Translations under genes and position numbers: made by a program | Assembly (NCBI GenBank): GCA_964476895.1 | Contig: CAYZCS010000001.1 | Span: 1,351 to 65,350 of the forward strand | Direction: 5' to 3' | From: an uncultured Candidatus Saccharibacteria bacterium | Lineage (GTDB): Bacteria > Patescibacteriota > SICC01 | Length of the DNA stretch: 64,000 bases | Notes under the pieces: model-generated | What the model saw: only the letters and a program-made list of their open reading frames with translations | Told to the model about the DNA's origin: nothing | Database searches by the model: none | Part shown: positions 8,481-17,896 of the stretch, one piece after another | Numbering within the stretch: position 1 is the stretch's first letter | Layout of the letters: each line of letters starts with the position of its first letter

Positions 8481-9214
8481 GCTCTCATTGTCATGCAAGT
8501 CGTCGCCAAATGAAAAAGGCGCCAAGCTAAGGCCACCCCTTTTGTAAAAATAATGGTGCTGCCGGCGCCCCTTTCCGAAACAGCATTCGCCGCGGACGGC
8601 GAAGGACCAAGGTCGAAAAGAAGTGTTGGGGCTCCCCTGATGATCCGGGGAGCCCCGGCCCTACCTGTCTTGGGTGTGCCGGGCAGCAGGCTTGGCATCG
8701 CCGGTCTGAGCCTCTGGTACGAGCATTTGTTTTGATTTTTTCCCGTCAGAGGGCTCAGGCCGGTGATGCAAAGAGTTGCTGCCCGGCACGTGGTCAGGAC
8801 AAACGATGAATGGTTTCGAACACTTGGATTTTGGTTTGACGTTTTGGAAGTGGTGGACCGCCGTAACGGGCCACCGTTGGTTTTTGTTTGCGCAAACGTT
8901 CGTCTCGCTGACCGGGTGGGTGGGATCGGCACCCGCTCGAACAGCAGGGCGTCGAGCACCTTCTGGCTAGCGATAGTTGGTCGGTGAAGGTTGGTATTTT
9001 GTTTTCCTTCTCAGGAGGCGCTGCGCTTCTTGAGAAGATGCTCGAGTCCCCGCCGTTCAAGGCTGTGGTAGGACGCTGGTTGGTAAGGGAGCAAAAAACC
9101 CGATTGTTGGGGCCTCGGTGGGCCGCCGCTCAATCGGGATTAAGTCAACCTATCATGCTGAACAAAGCCTGTCAACACCTTTTCAAAAAGTATGTTCAGG
9201 CCTGTTCCCAGGCA

Positions 9215-9262
9215 CGAAAAAAGCAGCGCGGTTTCGCATGAAGCGAAACGGGTGCGCTGCCT
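9215..9262 (-). terminator. intrinsic terminator downstream of the 9304..9804 gene (bidirectional-looking)
   Basis: GCAGCGC-GGTTTCGC-ATGA-GCGAAACG-GGTGCGCTGC hairpin flanked by A6 on one side and a TTTTCC tract on the other. Confidence 0.55.
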
Positions 9263-9303
9263 TTTCCGTTACGAGAACGGGTCGGTCCTCCTAACGATGG
9301 TGG

Positions 9304-9804
9304 TCATGCCGGGGCCGGATGCGGACGTGCCGTCGCCGGCGTGGCGGGGGCGGTAGTAATCACCTCCTCGGGTCTGTCCTCGGGCCAGAACTGCGCATCT
9401 TTGGCCGGGCGTATCCGCCGGTAGGGGCGGGGCCGGTCGAAGACCGCCTTGCACTGGGTGCGCCATTCCTCACTGGAGTCGATCGCGCGAAGCGGGACGT
9501 GCATGCACGTCCGGATCCGTCGCGCGTTGCCCGGGTAGCCGGTCTTCGAACTGAAGACCACGAACTGGCAGGTTCCCCGCCGCTGTCGTCTGAGCGGCAG
9601 GAAATACGTCGGGTAGGTACGGTGCGCCTCCAGCAAGGCACGGTACTTCTTGCGTGCGCAGGTACGTCGCTGGCGACGGCCTCGGACCTGGTCCAATCGC
9701 TTGTCCCAGTAGGCCGCCTCCCGCAGCAGCGCGGCCAGCTCCGGCGGAATCTCCGGATGCCAGCCCACCACCTTGGTTCCCTGCACGAAAGCCGGATGGC
9801 TCAA
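9304..9804 (-). CDS. hypothetical basic protein
   Basis: 166-aa Arg-rich ORF; no motif recognised. Confidence 0.45.
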   Translation of the reverse strand: MSHPAFVQGTKVVGWHPEIPPELAALLREAAYWDKRLDQVRGRRQRRTCARKKYRALLEAHRTYPTYFLPLRRQRRGTCQFVVFSSKTGYPGNARRIRTCMHVPLRAIDSSEEWRTQCKAVFDRPRPYRRIRPAKDAQFWPEDRPEEVITTAPATPATARPHPAPA

Positions 9805-9883
9805 GGAGCGCTCCCCTTGGTTGACGTTGCCGTTGCGTTTTTTGCCAGCCCCCGACTGGCGTCGCCTGGTTTTCGAAAGTACT

Positions 9884-9904
9884 GAAAAACCGCCCTCAGG
9901 CGGT
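9884..9904 (-). terminator. putative intrinsic terminator about 100 nt downstream of rmuC
   Basis: CCGCC-CTGA-GGGCGG hairpin followed by a T5 run on the minus strand. Confidence 0.4.
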
Positions 9905-10007
9905 GTGCCCGTGCGAAAGAATCCCTTGTCCTTCGCGTCGGTTTTCGACGGTGTCAGCTACCATCCATTCCATCATACGAGCGGACACGGACCTTCCGCA
10001 AGCGGCC

Positions 10008-11054
10008 TTACCGTTTGACGGCCGGCTCGTCGATTGCTTCCGTGGTCTTCTCGGCCGATTCCGTGAAAGCCCTGAGTTTCCGTTTGGCTTCTTTCGTATC
10101 GGCAGGCAGCGTGCCGGCGTGGTCGATCTTACCCTTGAGCCGCTCGAAGTCCTTCCCGACCACGTCTCCCGTGTTCCGGGCGTTGCCGAGATGCTTGAAG
10201 AGCAGCGACAGGCTGCCGCCGAGCTTCCCCGAATCCTGCTGGATCGCCCGGAGTTCGCTCAGCACTTCCTTGGCCCGCGCCTCGATCTGCTCGCCCTCGA
10301 AACTCTTCAGTACCAGCTGCAGGAACAGGTAGAAGTTGTTCGGCGAGACCAGGATCACGTGGTTGGCCGCGGCGTGGTCGTAGAGGTCCGTCGTCGAGTA
10401 GATCTCATGGAAGACCGCTTCGCCAGGCACGTACATGAAGGCGTAGTCCACCGTGTCCTCGCCGGGGAGGATGTACTTCTTGGAGATGTCGTCGATGTGC
10501 TTCCGGACCTGCTTGTGGAATTCGCGCAGCACCGGCTCGCGCGCGTCCTCCGGGAGCTTCTGCGCCGCGAGGTACTTTTCCAGCGGGAACTTCGAGTCGA
10601 TCGGGATCATCCCGCTCGACGTGAACACCACCGCGTCCACCTTCTCACCGCTCTTGAAGCCGTACTGCAGCTTGAACTTGGCCTTCGGCAGGCATTCGGA
10701 GAGGATGTCCTTCATCAGCGATTCGCCGACGTTGCCGCGCATCTTGGGAGACCGGAACACCTCCCGCATCTCTTCGATCGACTGCCCCATCTTCTGGATC
10801 CGGCCGACCTCCTGGTTCAGCGACGAGATCACCTTGGCGGCGTTGTCGAGCCGTTCGCCGATCTGCCGGGTCGCTTCCTGCGAACTCCGACTGGCGTGCC
10901 GCTGGTCCTCCTTGAAGTCCTTGAGCCACTCCAGGAGCGCCGTCTGGTCGCCCTGGGCCGCGCGCTCACGGCGCTGCCGGAGCAGTTCGTAGTAGACGGC
11001 GGCGATCCCTACGACGATCGTGACGGCTACGGTCACTAAGATAGCAGTAGTCAT
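10008..11054 (-). CDS. rmuC: DNA recombination protein RmuC
   Basis: N-terminal TM helix, coiled-coil region and the conserved RmuC C-terminal region (VDYAFMYVPGEAVFHEI, ILVSPNNFYLFL). Confidence 0.8.
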   Translation of the reverse strand: MTTAILVTVAVTIVVGIAAVYYELLRQRRERAAQGDQTALLEWLKDFKEDQRHASRSSQEATRQIGERLDNAAKVISSLNQEVGRIQKMGQSIEEMREVFRSPKMRGNVGESLMKDILSECLPKAKFKLQYGFKSGEKVDAVVFTSSGMIPIDSKFPLEKYLAAQKLPEDAREPVLREFHKQVRKHIDDISKKYILPGEDTVDYAFMYVPGEAVFHEIYSTTDLYDHAAANHVILVSPNNFYLFLQLVLKSFEGEQIEARAKEVLSELRAIQQDSGKLGGSLSLLFKHLGNARNTGDVVGKDFERLKGKIDHAGTLPADTKEAKRKLRAFTESAEKTTEAIDEPAVKR

Positions 11055-11106
11055 ATGTATACTATACGGTTACGCGGGGCTTCGTGCCACCCCTCCGCTT
11101 CCCAGC

Positions 11107-11853
11107 CTACAACAGGTCGTCCGCCGATGAGATGACCCGCGGCTCGGTGATGTCGTAGACCACGTCCTTGCGCTCCAGGACCACCCGCCAGCCGGCTGCC
11201 TGGGCCTTCTCGAGCAGCTTCCGGTTGGGATTGAAGGCGATCGGATGCTCCACCAGCTCGAGGAAGCCTACGTCCCCTTCCGTATCCCCGATGCCGAACG
11301 AATCGTCGAGCGTGAACTCGCCGTGCTCGGAGAGGAAGTAGCGGACCACCGCCGCCTTGTCGTAGTACGGCTGCAGGCCCACCGGCTTCCCAGTGAACCG
11401 GCCGCCTTTCACCTCCTGCTTCGAACCGTAGATGTAGTCGAACTTAAGGAAGCGGTTGTAGAGCTTGAGCGCCGGCATCAGCATGCCGGAGACCGCGACG
11501 AGCGCGTATCCGCGGGCCCGGAGCTTCTCCAGCAGGTCGTGGGTGAACCGATACTGCCGGTCCTTGAGACGCCCGATCACCCCCTCGGCAAGCGCCGTGA
11601 ATTCCTGCTCCGACACCCCGGCCAGGTCGTGTTCGATCAGCCGGACGAGCTTGTCGTTGTACTGCTCGAAGCTGCCCTGCCGGTCCTTCCAGGCGTTCTG
11701 GGCCGCGACCAGGTCGGCGTACGCCGATTCCGGCAACATGTCGACGGAGATCATATGGTCGACGATCTCCATCATCACCGCCGAGCGGAACAGCGTACCG
11801 TCGATGTCGAAGATCGCGAGCGGTCGTTTATCGTGGGTGTGTTCGGTCGGCAT
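11107..11853 (-). CDS. HAD-superfamily hydrolase (SerB-like phosphatase, subfamily IB)
   Basis: DxDGT motif LAIFDIDGTL, a downstream GIGDTEGD HAD motif. Confidence 0.7.
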   Translation of the reverse strand: MPTEHTHDKRPLAIFDIDGTLFRSAVMMEIVDHMISVDMLPESAYADLVAAQNAWKDRQGSFEQYNDKLVRLIEHDLAGVSEQEFTALAEGVIGRLKDRQYRFTHDLLEKLRARGYALVAVSGMLMPALKLYNRFLKFDYIYGSKQEVKGGRFTGKPVGLQPYYDKAAVVRYFLSEHGEFTLDDSFGIGDTEGDVGFLELVEHPIAFNPNRKLLEKAQAAGWRVVLERKDVVYDITEPRVISSADDLL

Positions 11854-11859
11854 GGCGGT

Positions 11860-14760
11860 TCAGGACTCCGTGCGGTGTTTCGGCCGGTGGCCCGGACAGT
11901 CGGCGAACGGGCTGCACTCGTGCGCGGTCCGTGCCGGCAGGAACTCGCCTTTCCGGATCGCCGCGGCCGTCTCGATGATCTTCTCACGCATCGCGGAGAG
12001 CTGCCGGGCCGTGGGCGTGGCCACGGCCGACACGCCGGTCTCCACGAAGTTCAGGACGATCTGCTCCGGCGGCTCGCCGTGCTCCTCTTGGTACGCCAGC
12101 GCATAGATCTGGAGCTGCTTGGCCAACGCGCTCTGCTTGATCTTCCGTTCGGCTTCAGCGGCGGTGCGCACCGATTCGCTGGTCTTGTAGTCGACGATCG
12201 TCGGCCTGCCGTGGTGGATGTCGATCCGGTCGAGACGTCCGGTCACCACGCAGCCGGGCAATGCCATCTTGAACGGATACTCCACTTTCGTCGGCGCCTC
12301 GCGCTTCGCTTCCTCGGCGAAGAACCGCTTGATGGCATCCGTACCTTTGGCGAGCGCCCGCTCCCGCTGCCCCGGCCGTTCCTCGGGCAGCGTCCCGATG
12401 CCCCGGGTGAACCAGTCGAGGCTTTCCTTGAGGCTCGGCTTCCGCTCCTCCAGCTTGGCGCGGTTGATGCGCTCGATCACCCGGTGGACCAGGTTCCCGT
12501 ATTCCGGCGCGAACGCCCGTTCATCCGGAAACTTCGCCACATGCATCCAGTAATACTTGAGCGGACACTCCCAGTAGTCACGCAGTCGGGAATAGGACAG
12601 CCGGAGGACCTCATCGTTGGCGACGGGACTGCTGATCGCGGTCACGGGCGTGGACTGGGCCAACGCCCGCCAGGGATCCTTCGGCGCGTCCGGAAGCGTC
12701 GTCGCGATGTCGTCCCCAAGCGCCTCGGTGACGAACGGGCTGGTCCGCCAGGCCCGCGCGGACTGGTAATCGCTGGATGCGGTCAGGTAGCAGAACCGCT
12801 TCGCCCGGGTGATCGCCACGTAGCAGAGCCGGCGCTCCTCACGCTCGTGGGACGCGCTGTCCGCTTCCCGCCCGATCACCGGATCGATCGCGAGCTGGTC
12901 GCTCCGCCGGTTCTGCGGGAACTTCCCTTTCACCATCCCGGCGACCGCCACGACTTCGAACTCCAGCCCCTTGGCGCCGTGCGCGGTAAGGATCCGGACG
13001 GCGTCGTATTCGCCGTCGAACTCGGCGGCGACCGATTCGTCGGACAGCGCGGCGATGTCGGCGTAGTGCCGGGCCCAGCCGGTGACGCTCGGGTCTTCGG
13101 CCGTCGCCGCGTACTGCCGGAGCCGCGCGAAGAGCTTGCCGATGTTCTCGACCGGCTGCTCGTCGCCGCCGGCGCGGAGCCGCTCGGCGTATCCTGCTTC
13201 CGCCAGCCAGTCATAGAGCAACTCGTCCACCGGCCGTTCGCGGGCCCGGCGCGCGTACGTCCGGATGTCGTCCAGGAGCTTCCTGACCTGCGGAACGTCC
13301 TTCGCCTGACGGTCCAGCAGTTCCCAGAGCGGCTTATGGAACCGCTTCATCTGTGCCGCGGCGGCGAACAACGTATCCAGCGGCACGTCGTAGATCGGGC
13401 TGGCCGCCAGGTGCTTGAGCGCCGGCGAGTCGTGGGGGTCGGCGACTGCCAGCAGGAAGTTCACGCAGAGCTTCACCTCCGGTTGCCCGTAGAGCCGACC
13501 GCTCCCTTCCGCGCGGTACGGAACTCCGGCGGATGCCAGCGCCCGGGCGAAGTACGGCCCGAGCTTCTTCTGCCGGACCAGCACCGCCATCTCCTGCCAC
13601 GGGACGCCCTGCTCATGGTGTTTCCGGAACCGCGCCGCCACGGCTTCCGCTTCGTCGGTGACGGTCGCGAACCGCAGGAACTGCGGCTCGGCGGCCTCCT
13701 GCACCGCCGCGGCGGTCAGGCGCTTGTCGAACCCGTCCTGCGTCTCCAGCCGGTCGGGATTGTGCCGAACCAACCGGTAGGCGGCATCGAGGATCGGTTG
13801 GGAACTCCGGTAGTTCTCGGTCAGCACGATCCGTGCCGGCCGCTCATGCGCCTGCTCGAACCGCTGGATGTTCCCGATGTCGGCGCCCTGGAAGCCGTAG
13901 ATGCTCTGGTCGTCGTCGCCGACCACGGTAAGGTTGCCGTCCGGGCCCGCGATCTCGTCCACCAGCGCCGCCTGGGCCGGATTGGTGTCCTGGTATTCGT
14001 CGACGAGGATCCAGCGGAAGACCTTCCGGAGCCGTGCCCGGATCTCCGGCTTGTCCCGGAGCAGCCGGAGCGGCATCTGGACCTGGTCGCCGTAATCGAT
14101 CAGGTAGTGTTCCCGCTTGAGCCGTTCGTACGCCGCGAACGCTCCCGCCACCTCCCGATGGCGCGCGAGCTTCCGTTCCGCATCGGAGCGCTCATCGGGA
14201 TCGGCGAGCTTCTTCACCCGGGCCGTCTCCCGCTTCGTCCACTTCGCGTAATCTTCCGGGGTCAGGTCCTCCGCCTTGGCGCGGTTAATCGCTCCGGCGA
14301 TCTCCTTCAGGTACGCCGCCGGACGCCCGCGCGGAGAAAGGACTTCCAGGCCGAGCTCCTCGAGATGGTCTTCCAGGAAGATCACCTGCTCCGCCTCGCC
14401 GAGCAGCTGGTAGGTCGGCGGGAGCCCCAGTTCGAAGGAGTATTCACGGAGCAGCGCGTCGCCGAAGGCGTGGAACGTCTGGATGTGCTCCGGCAATGCC
14501 GACAGCCCGAGTCCGATCAGACGGTCGAGCATCTCGCCGGCCGCCTTTTCCGTGAACGTGATCGCGAGGATCTCGTTCGCCGGCACGCCGCGCTCCTCGA
14601 CCAGGTGCGCGATCCGCCTGGTGATCACGTTGGTCTTGCCGGTCCCCGCCCCGGCCACGATCAGGAGCGGCCCCTCGCCGTGGGTGACGGCCCGGGCCTG
14701 GGCCTCGTTCAGGCCGGTGCGCGGCTTCGGCTGCTTCGGTTCGGTGGAGGCAGGGTTCAC
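11860..14760 (-). CDS. UvrD/PcrA-family helicase fused to a C-terminal PD-(D/E)xK (RecB/Cas4-like) nuclease with a Cys cluster
   Basis: Walker A AGAGTGKTN, helicase motifs (VDEYQDTNPAQ, TAHGAKGLEF), C-terminal YSRLRDYWECPLKYYW...YGNLVHRVIE and CSPFADCPG. Confidence 0.8.
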   Translation of the reverse strand: MNPASTEPKQPKPRTGLNEAQARAVTHGEGPLLIVAGAGTGKTNVITRRIAHLVEERGVPANEILAITFTEKAAGEMLDRLIGLGLSALPEHIQTFHAFGDALLREYSFELGLPPTYQLLGEAEQVIFLEDHLEELGLEVLSPRGRPAAYLKEIAGAINRAKAEDLTPEDYAKWTKRETARVKKLADPDERSDAERKLARHREVAGAFAAYERLKREHYLIDYGDQVQMPLRLLRDKPEIRARLRKVFRWILVDEYQDTNPAQAALVDEIAGPDGNLTVVGDDDQSIYGFQGADIGNIQRFEQAHERPARIVLTENYRSSQPILDAAYRLVRHNPDRLETQDGFDKRLTAAAVQEAAEPQFLRFATVTDEAEAVAARFRKHHEQGVPWQEMAVLVRQKKLGPYFARALASAGVPYRAEGSGRLYGQPEVKLCVNFLLAVADPHDSPALKHLAASPIYDVPLDTLFAAAAQMKRFHKPLWELLDRQAKDVPQVRKLLDDIRTYARRARERPVDELLYDWLAEAGYAERLRAGGDEQPVENIGKLFARLRQYAATAEDPSVTGWARHYADIAALSDESVAAEFDGEYDAVRILTAHGAKGLEFEVVAVAGMVKGKFPQNRRSDQLAIDPVIGREADSASHEREERRLCYVAITRAKRFCYLTASSDYQSARAWRTSPFVTEALGDDIATTLPDAPKDPWRALAQSTPVTAISSPVANDEVLRLSYSRLRDYWECPLKYYWMHVAKFPDERAFAPEYGNLVHRVIERINRAKLEERKPSLKESLDWFTRGIGTLPEERPGQRERALAKGTDAIKRFFAEEAKREAPTKVEYPFKMALPGCVVTGRLDRIDIHHGRPTIVDYKTSESVRTAAEAERKIKQSALAKQLQIYALAYQEEHGEPPEQIVLNFVETGVSAVATPTARQLSAMREKIIETAAAIRKGEFLPARTAHECSPFADCPGHRPKHRTES

Positions 14761-14814
14761 CTCACCATTGTACCGAAGTGCCCCTGCGGCGGTGGAACCG
14801 TGACAGCGGAATCG

Positions 14815-15474
14815 TTAGAGCGTCCGGAAGCTGTCCTTGAAGGACCGTTTGGCCGCCGCGGTCGCTTCGGCATACGTGAAGTCCTTGTAATCCCCGACCG
14901 TACCGTCCGCGAAGACGACGACGTACGCGAATCCGCCCGCTTCCTCAAGCAGGCTGTCCGGATTGCCGATCGCGTGGCCGGAAGCCCTGGCGTCGTCGTA
15001 CTTGTCGATCGGAATCTTGCCGATCGTCGCGACCTCGGCGTACTTGGTCTCCTTGTTGATCAGGAAGAACGTCACGGAATTGGTGCTGATGCCGACGTTG
15101 CTTGCCTCCCGGTACCGCCACTTGCCGACCCACTCCTCGGGCACGTCCACGGCGAACCCGAGGTTCGCGCTGGAGTACGTCGCCGTCTGGGCGGCCGGCG
15201 CGTCACCCTCCTGGGTCTGCGGCGCGGCACTGGCCAGCGGTTCGGGGCTCGGTTGCGCGCCGAGCCGTTTCTTGAGCCGCTTGATCTCATCCTCCTGCTC
15301 GGCCAGCTGCTCTGCCGCGGACTGGCTTGCCACGATCCAGCCGCCGAAGCCGGCGCCGGCCGTCAGGAACAGGCCGATCAGGACGGTCAACAGGAGGGGT
15401 GATGCACCGCGCTGGCCGGAGACCGTCCCGCGGAAGCGGGAACGGCGGATTCGTTGGGAACGTCTAAGGCTCAT
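14815..15474 (-). CDS. membrane-anchored hypothetical protein
   Basis: N-terminal TM helix, then a Gln/Ala-rich linker and a globular C-terminus. Confidence 0.5.
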   Translation of the reverse strand: MSLRRSQRIRRSRFRGTVSGQRGASPLLLTVLIGLFLTAGAGFGGWIVASQSAAEQLAEQEDEIKRLKKRLGAQPSPEPLASAAPQTQEGDAPAAQTATYSSANLGFAVDVPEEWVGKWRYREASNVGISTNSVTFFLINKETKYAEVATIGKIPIDKYDDARASGHAIGNPDSLLEEAGGFAYVVVFADGTVGDYKDFTYAEATAAAKRSFKDSFRTL

Positions 15475-15540
15475 ATGTCTATCGGTGTTCGATGCGAATG
15501 CTACCCCGGCCGACGGCCGGCTGCAATCGGCCGGCCGTGG

Positions 15541-16296
15541 TCACTCGAACAATCCGCCGCCGCGGTCGCCGGAGGCACGACGGCCCTTCCCGCCACCCGG
15601 GCCGCGGGCCGACCGTTCCGGATCGCGGACGTACCGCACCCCTTGCCGGGTCGTGCGATGGAGCACCGCGTACGCGGCGCCCGCCGCCGCGGCCAGCGTG
15701 GCCAGGACGATCAGGCTGAAGAGGACGATGCCCCGCACCCGCTCGAACTCGGTTCCGAGGACGGCGCCTACGTACTCGGATAGCCCCGGGCTGAGCGCAC
15801 CGAGCCCGATGATCGCACAGATCGCGACGAACGCGGCGAGCCCGGCCCGAAGGTCCTGGAGGCTCGGCGCCATCGCCGCGGTGATCGCCGAGGCCAGGTA
15901 CGCGAAGACGAAGAACTGCCAGGAAGAGATGGAAAGCTCGCCGAAGCCGACGAAGCCCGGCACCAGCGCCAGGGCCAGGAGGTACACCGCGATCGCCGCG
16001 CCGAGGATCGGTGCCACGCTGATGATCCCGTCGCCGAGCGGTGCCCGCGGTTCCTCATGCACCACCGCCCCGCCCCGCGCGTCGAACACCCGGACTTGCC
16101 GGATCCGCGCGCCGGTCAGGATGCAGGCCAGCGCGTGCGAATACTCGTGGATGATCACGCCCGGCGCGATCAGGAACCGGTACGTCCGCCCGACGAACAC
16201 CCGCGCCAGGAACCAGTTCGCGGCATACGACAAGACCAGCACGGCCACCAGCAGGCCGAGCAGCTGGACCCCTGGATTGGTTGTGAGTGCTTCCAT
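15541..16296 (-). CDS. polytopic membrane protein with HExxH motif (putative zinc metalloprotease)
   Basis: HEYSHALACILTG sits within a hydrophobic segment. Confidence 0.5.
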   Translation of the reverse strand: MEALTTNPGVQLLGLLVAVLVLSYAANWFLARVFVGRTYRFLIAPGVIIHEYSHALACILTGARIRQVRVFDARGGAVVHEEPRAPLGDGIISVAPILGAAIAVYLLALALVPGFVGFGELSISSWQFFVFAYLASAITAAMAPSLQDLRAGLAAFVAICAIIGLGALSPGLSEYVGAVLGTEFERVRGIVLFSLIVLATLAAAAGAAYAVLHRTTRQGVRYVRDPERSARGPGGGKGRRASGDRGGGLFE

Positions 16297-16323
16297 TGTG
16301 TCTAGTGGTCTGACCGGACGCGG

Positions 16324-17796
16324 TCAGATCCAGCTCTTGAGCCACATCCGCCGGCCGTAGTCCGTAGCGTCGAGCCCGACTCCGGTCCAGACCGGATAGA
16401 AGTAGACGAACGCCAGCAGCGCCAGAGCCAGGAACGCCACGCTCTGTTTCTTTCCCCACCGCCAGCGGGGCACGTTCGTCCCCGCCCACGCCAGTGTCGC
16501 GCCGCCAGCCAGGAGCGTCCCGACCGTGAACCAGGTGACGTCCCCGCCGAACGCCGAGCGGAGGAACAATCCACCGAGCACGCCGTTCGCCGCGATCAGC
16601 CCGAGCCAGACCAGCGACTGCGGCCACGGGTCCTTCGGCCGCCACTGCCAGCTCTGGCCGAGCGCGTATGCCAGCGCCAGGATCACGAACGGCAGCGCCC
16701 CCGCGTAGTGGTAGATGAAGAGTACCCGATCGATCAGCGCCCACGGCGCGTAGTGCGCCAGGATCGCGAAGAGAATGAAGGCCAGGACCAGGCTCCGCCG
16801 CCGGACCAGCTGCACGGCCGCGAAGATCGCGGCCAGCAGCCCGCCCCACCAGACGACAGGGTTCCCCATCGCGATGATGCCCTGCCACTGCCCCTCGACG
16901 ACCTTGAAGTAGTACGCCACCGGACGGATCATCGCCGGCCAGGTGAACCAGTCCGAACCGTACGGATGCGTGGCGTCCAGGTTGTGGTGGTAGTTCCAGA
17001 TCTGCTTGTGGATGCCGGCGGCGTTCTCGCCGGTCGAATCGAACGGCACGTGGATCGCGAAGATCGCCGTGTAGATGATCACCGGCGCGACCACCAGCCA
17101 CGCGACGTAGTGCTCCGCCCGGAAGAGGTTTTCCTTCCGGACACCGAGCGCGGCCAGGAGCCGGTCGCCGGAGCGGACCTTGAAGATCCTCCGAAGTCGA
17201 CGGCGGTCGCGGAACGCGTACACCAGGAGCAAGCCGAACGCCGGCGCGATGAACGCCAACGTGATCCACTTGAGCGAGAGCCCGAGCCCGAACGCCACGC
17301 CCGTCGCGACCAGCCAGCGGTACGCGGCCCGGCGGGTCTTCGCCTGGAGGCTCGCCAGGAACAGGAAGTAGGTCAGGACGTTGAAGAAGACGACGAAGCC
17401 GTCCAGCACGGCCGTCCGCGATTCTACGAGCAGGAAGCCGTCGAGCAGCGCGAGCACGCCGGCGAACGCCGGGACCAGCACGCCACCGAAGATCCGTTTG
17501 GCGAGCAGGTAGAGCAGCGGGACCACCGCCGCGCCGAACAGCGCCGGTGCGAACCGCCAGCCGAAGGAGTCGTTGCCGAAGAGCCACTGCCCGCCGGCGA
17601 TCAGGAACTTACCGAGCGGCGGCTCCGCGTCGAAGAACGGCGTCGCGGTCAGGTAGTTCTGCGCGAAGACCGCGAAGTACGTCTCGTCGAAGATGATCTC
17701 GCCGGGGTGGCCGAGGTTCACGAACCGGAGCAGCAACGCGGCGAGCGTCAGCCCGCCGAGGATCCACCAGTCACGGCGTGTCATGGTCCTCACCAC
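16324..17796 (-). CDS. GT39-family (protein O-mannosyltransferase-like) glycosyltransferase
   Basis: IIFDETYFA DE motif near the N-terminus, multiple TM helices. Confidence 0.7.
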   Translation of the reverse strand: MVRTMTRRDWWILGGLTLAALLLRFVNLGHPGEIIFDETYFAVFAQNYLTATPFFDAEPPLGKFLIAGGQWLFGNDSFGWRFAPALFGAAVVPLLYLLAKRIFGGVLVPAFAGVLALLDGFLLVESRTAVLDGFVVFFNVLTYFLFLASLQAKTRRAAYRWLVATGVAFGLGLSLKWITLAFIAPAFGLLLVYAFRDRRRLRRIFKVRSGDRLLAALGVRKENLFRAEHYVAWLVVAPVIIYTAIFAIHVPFDSTGENAAGIHKQIWNYHHNLDATHPYGSDWFTWPAMIRPVAYYFKVVEGQWQGIIAMGNPVVWWGGLLAAIFAAVQLVRRRSLVLAFILFAILAHYAPWALIDRVLFIYHYAGALPFVILALAYALGQSWQWRPKDPWPQSLVWLGLIAANGVLGGLFLRSAFGGDVTWFTVGTLLAGGATLAWAGTNVPRWRWGKKQSVAFLALALLAFVYFYPVWTGVGLDATDYGRRMWLKSWI

Positions 17797-17896
17797 TCCA
17801 GCGTAGCACTGTTATCTGCCGCGGCAGCGGCCCCGGGTCCGGCCTTCCCGTCCCCGTGTGTCCGTCGGAACGGAAATCGCTATACTGTAATCCGTT

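Noticed and set aside
8700-8830. Signal recognition particle (4.5S) RNA in the non-coding interval
   Set aside because: A CAGGCCGG...GCTGCC stretch superficially resembles SRP domain IV, but the GNRA-capped helix and the conserved AGGAAGCAGC core are absent.
8447-8959. 170-aa minus-strand ORF (and other 60-90-aa ORFs) in the lgt upstream interval
   Set aside because: Low-complexity Ser/Thr/Arg-rich translation, no SD sequence, an alternative start, and it lies across obvious hairpins; treated as non-coding.
11245-15402. 1385-aa plus-strand ORF antisense to the UvrD-like helicase, and many similar long antisense ORFs (e.g. 3642..4583, 9903..11039, 16708..17904, 17771..19627, 21293..22945, 55571..57016)
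   Set aside because: Typical stop-codon-poor antisense frames in high-GC DNA. The sense-strand genes have clear conserved motifs; the antisense translations are Arg/Pro/Gly-rich with no motifs.
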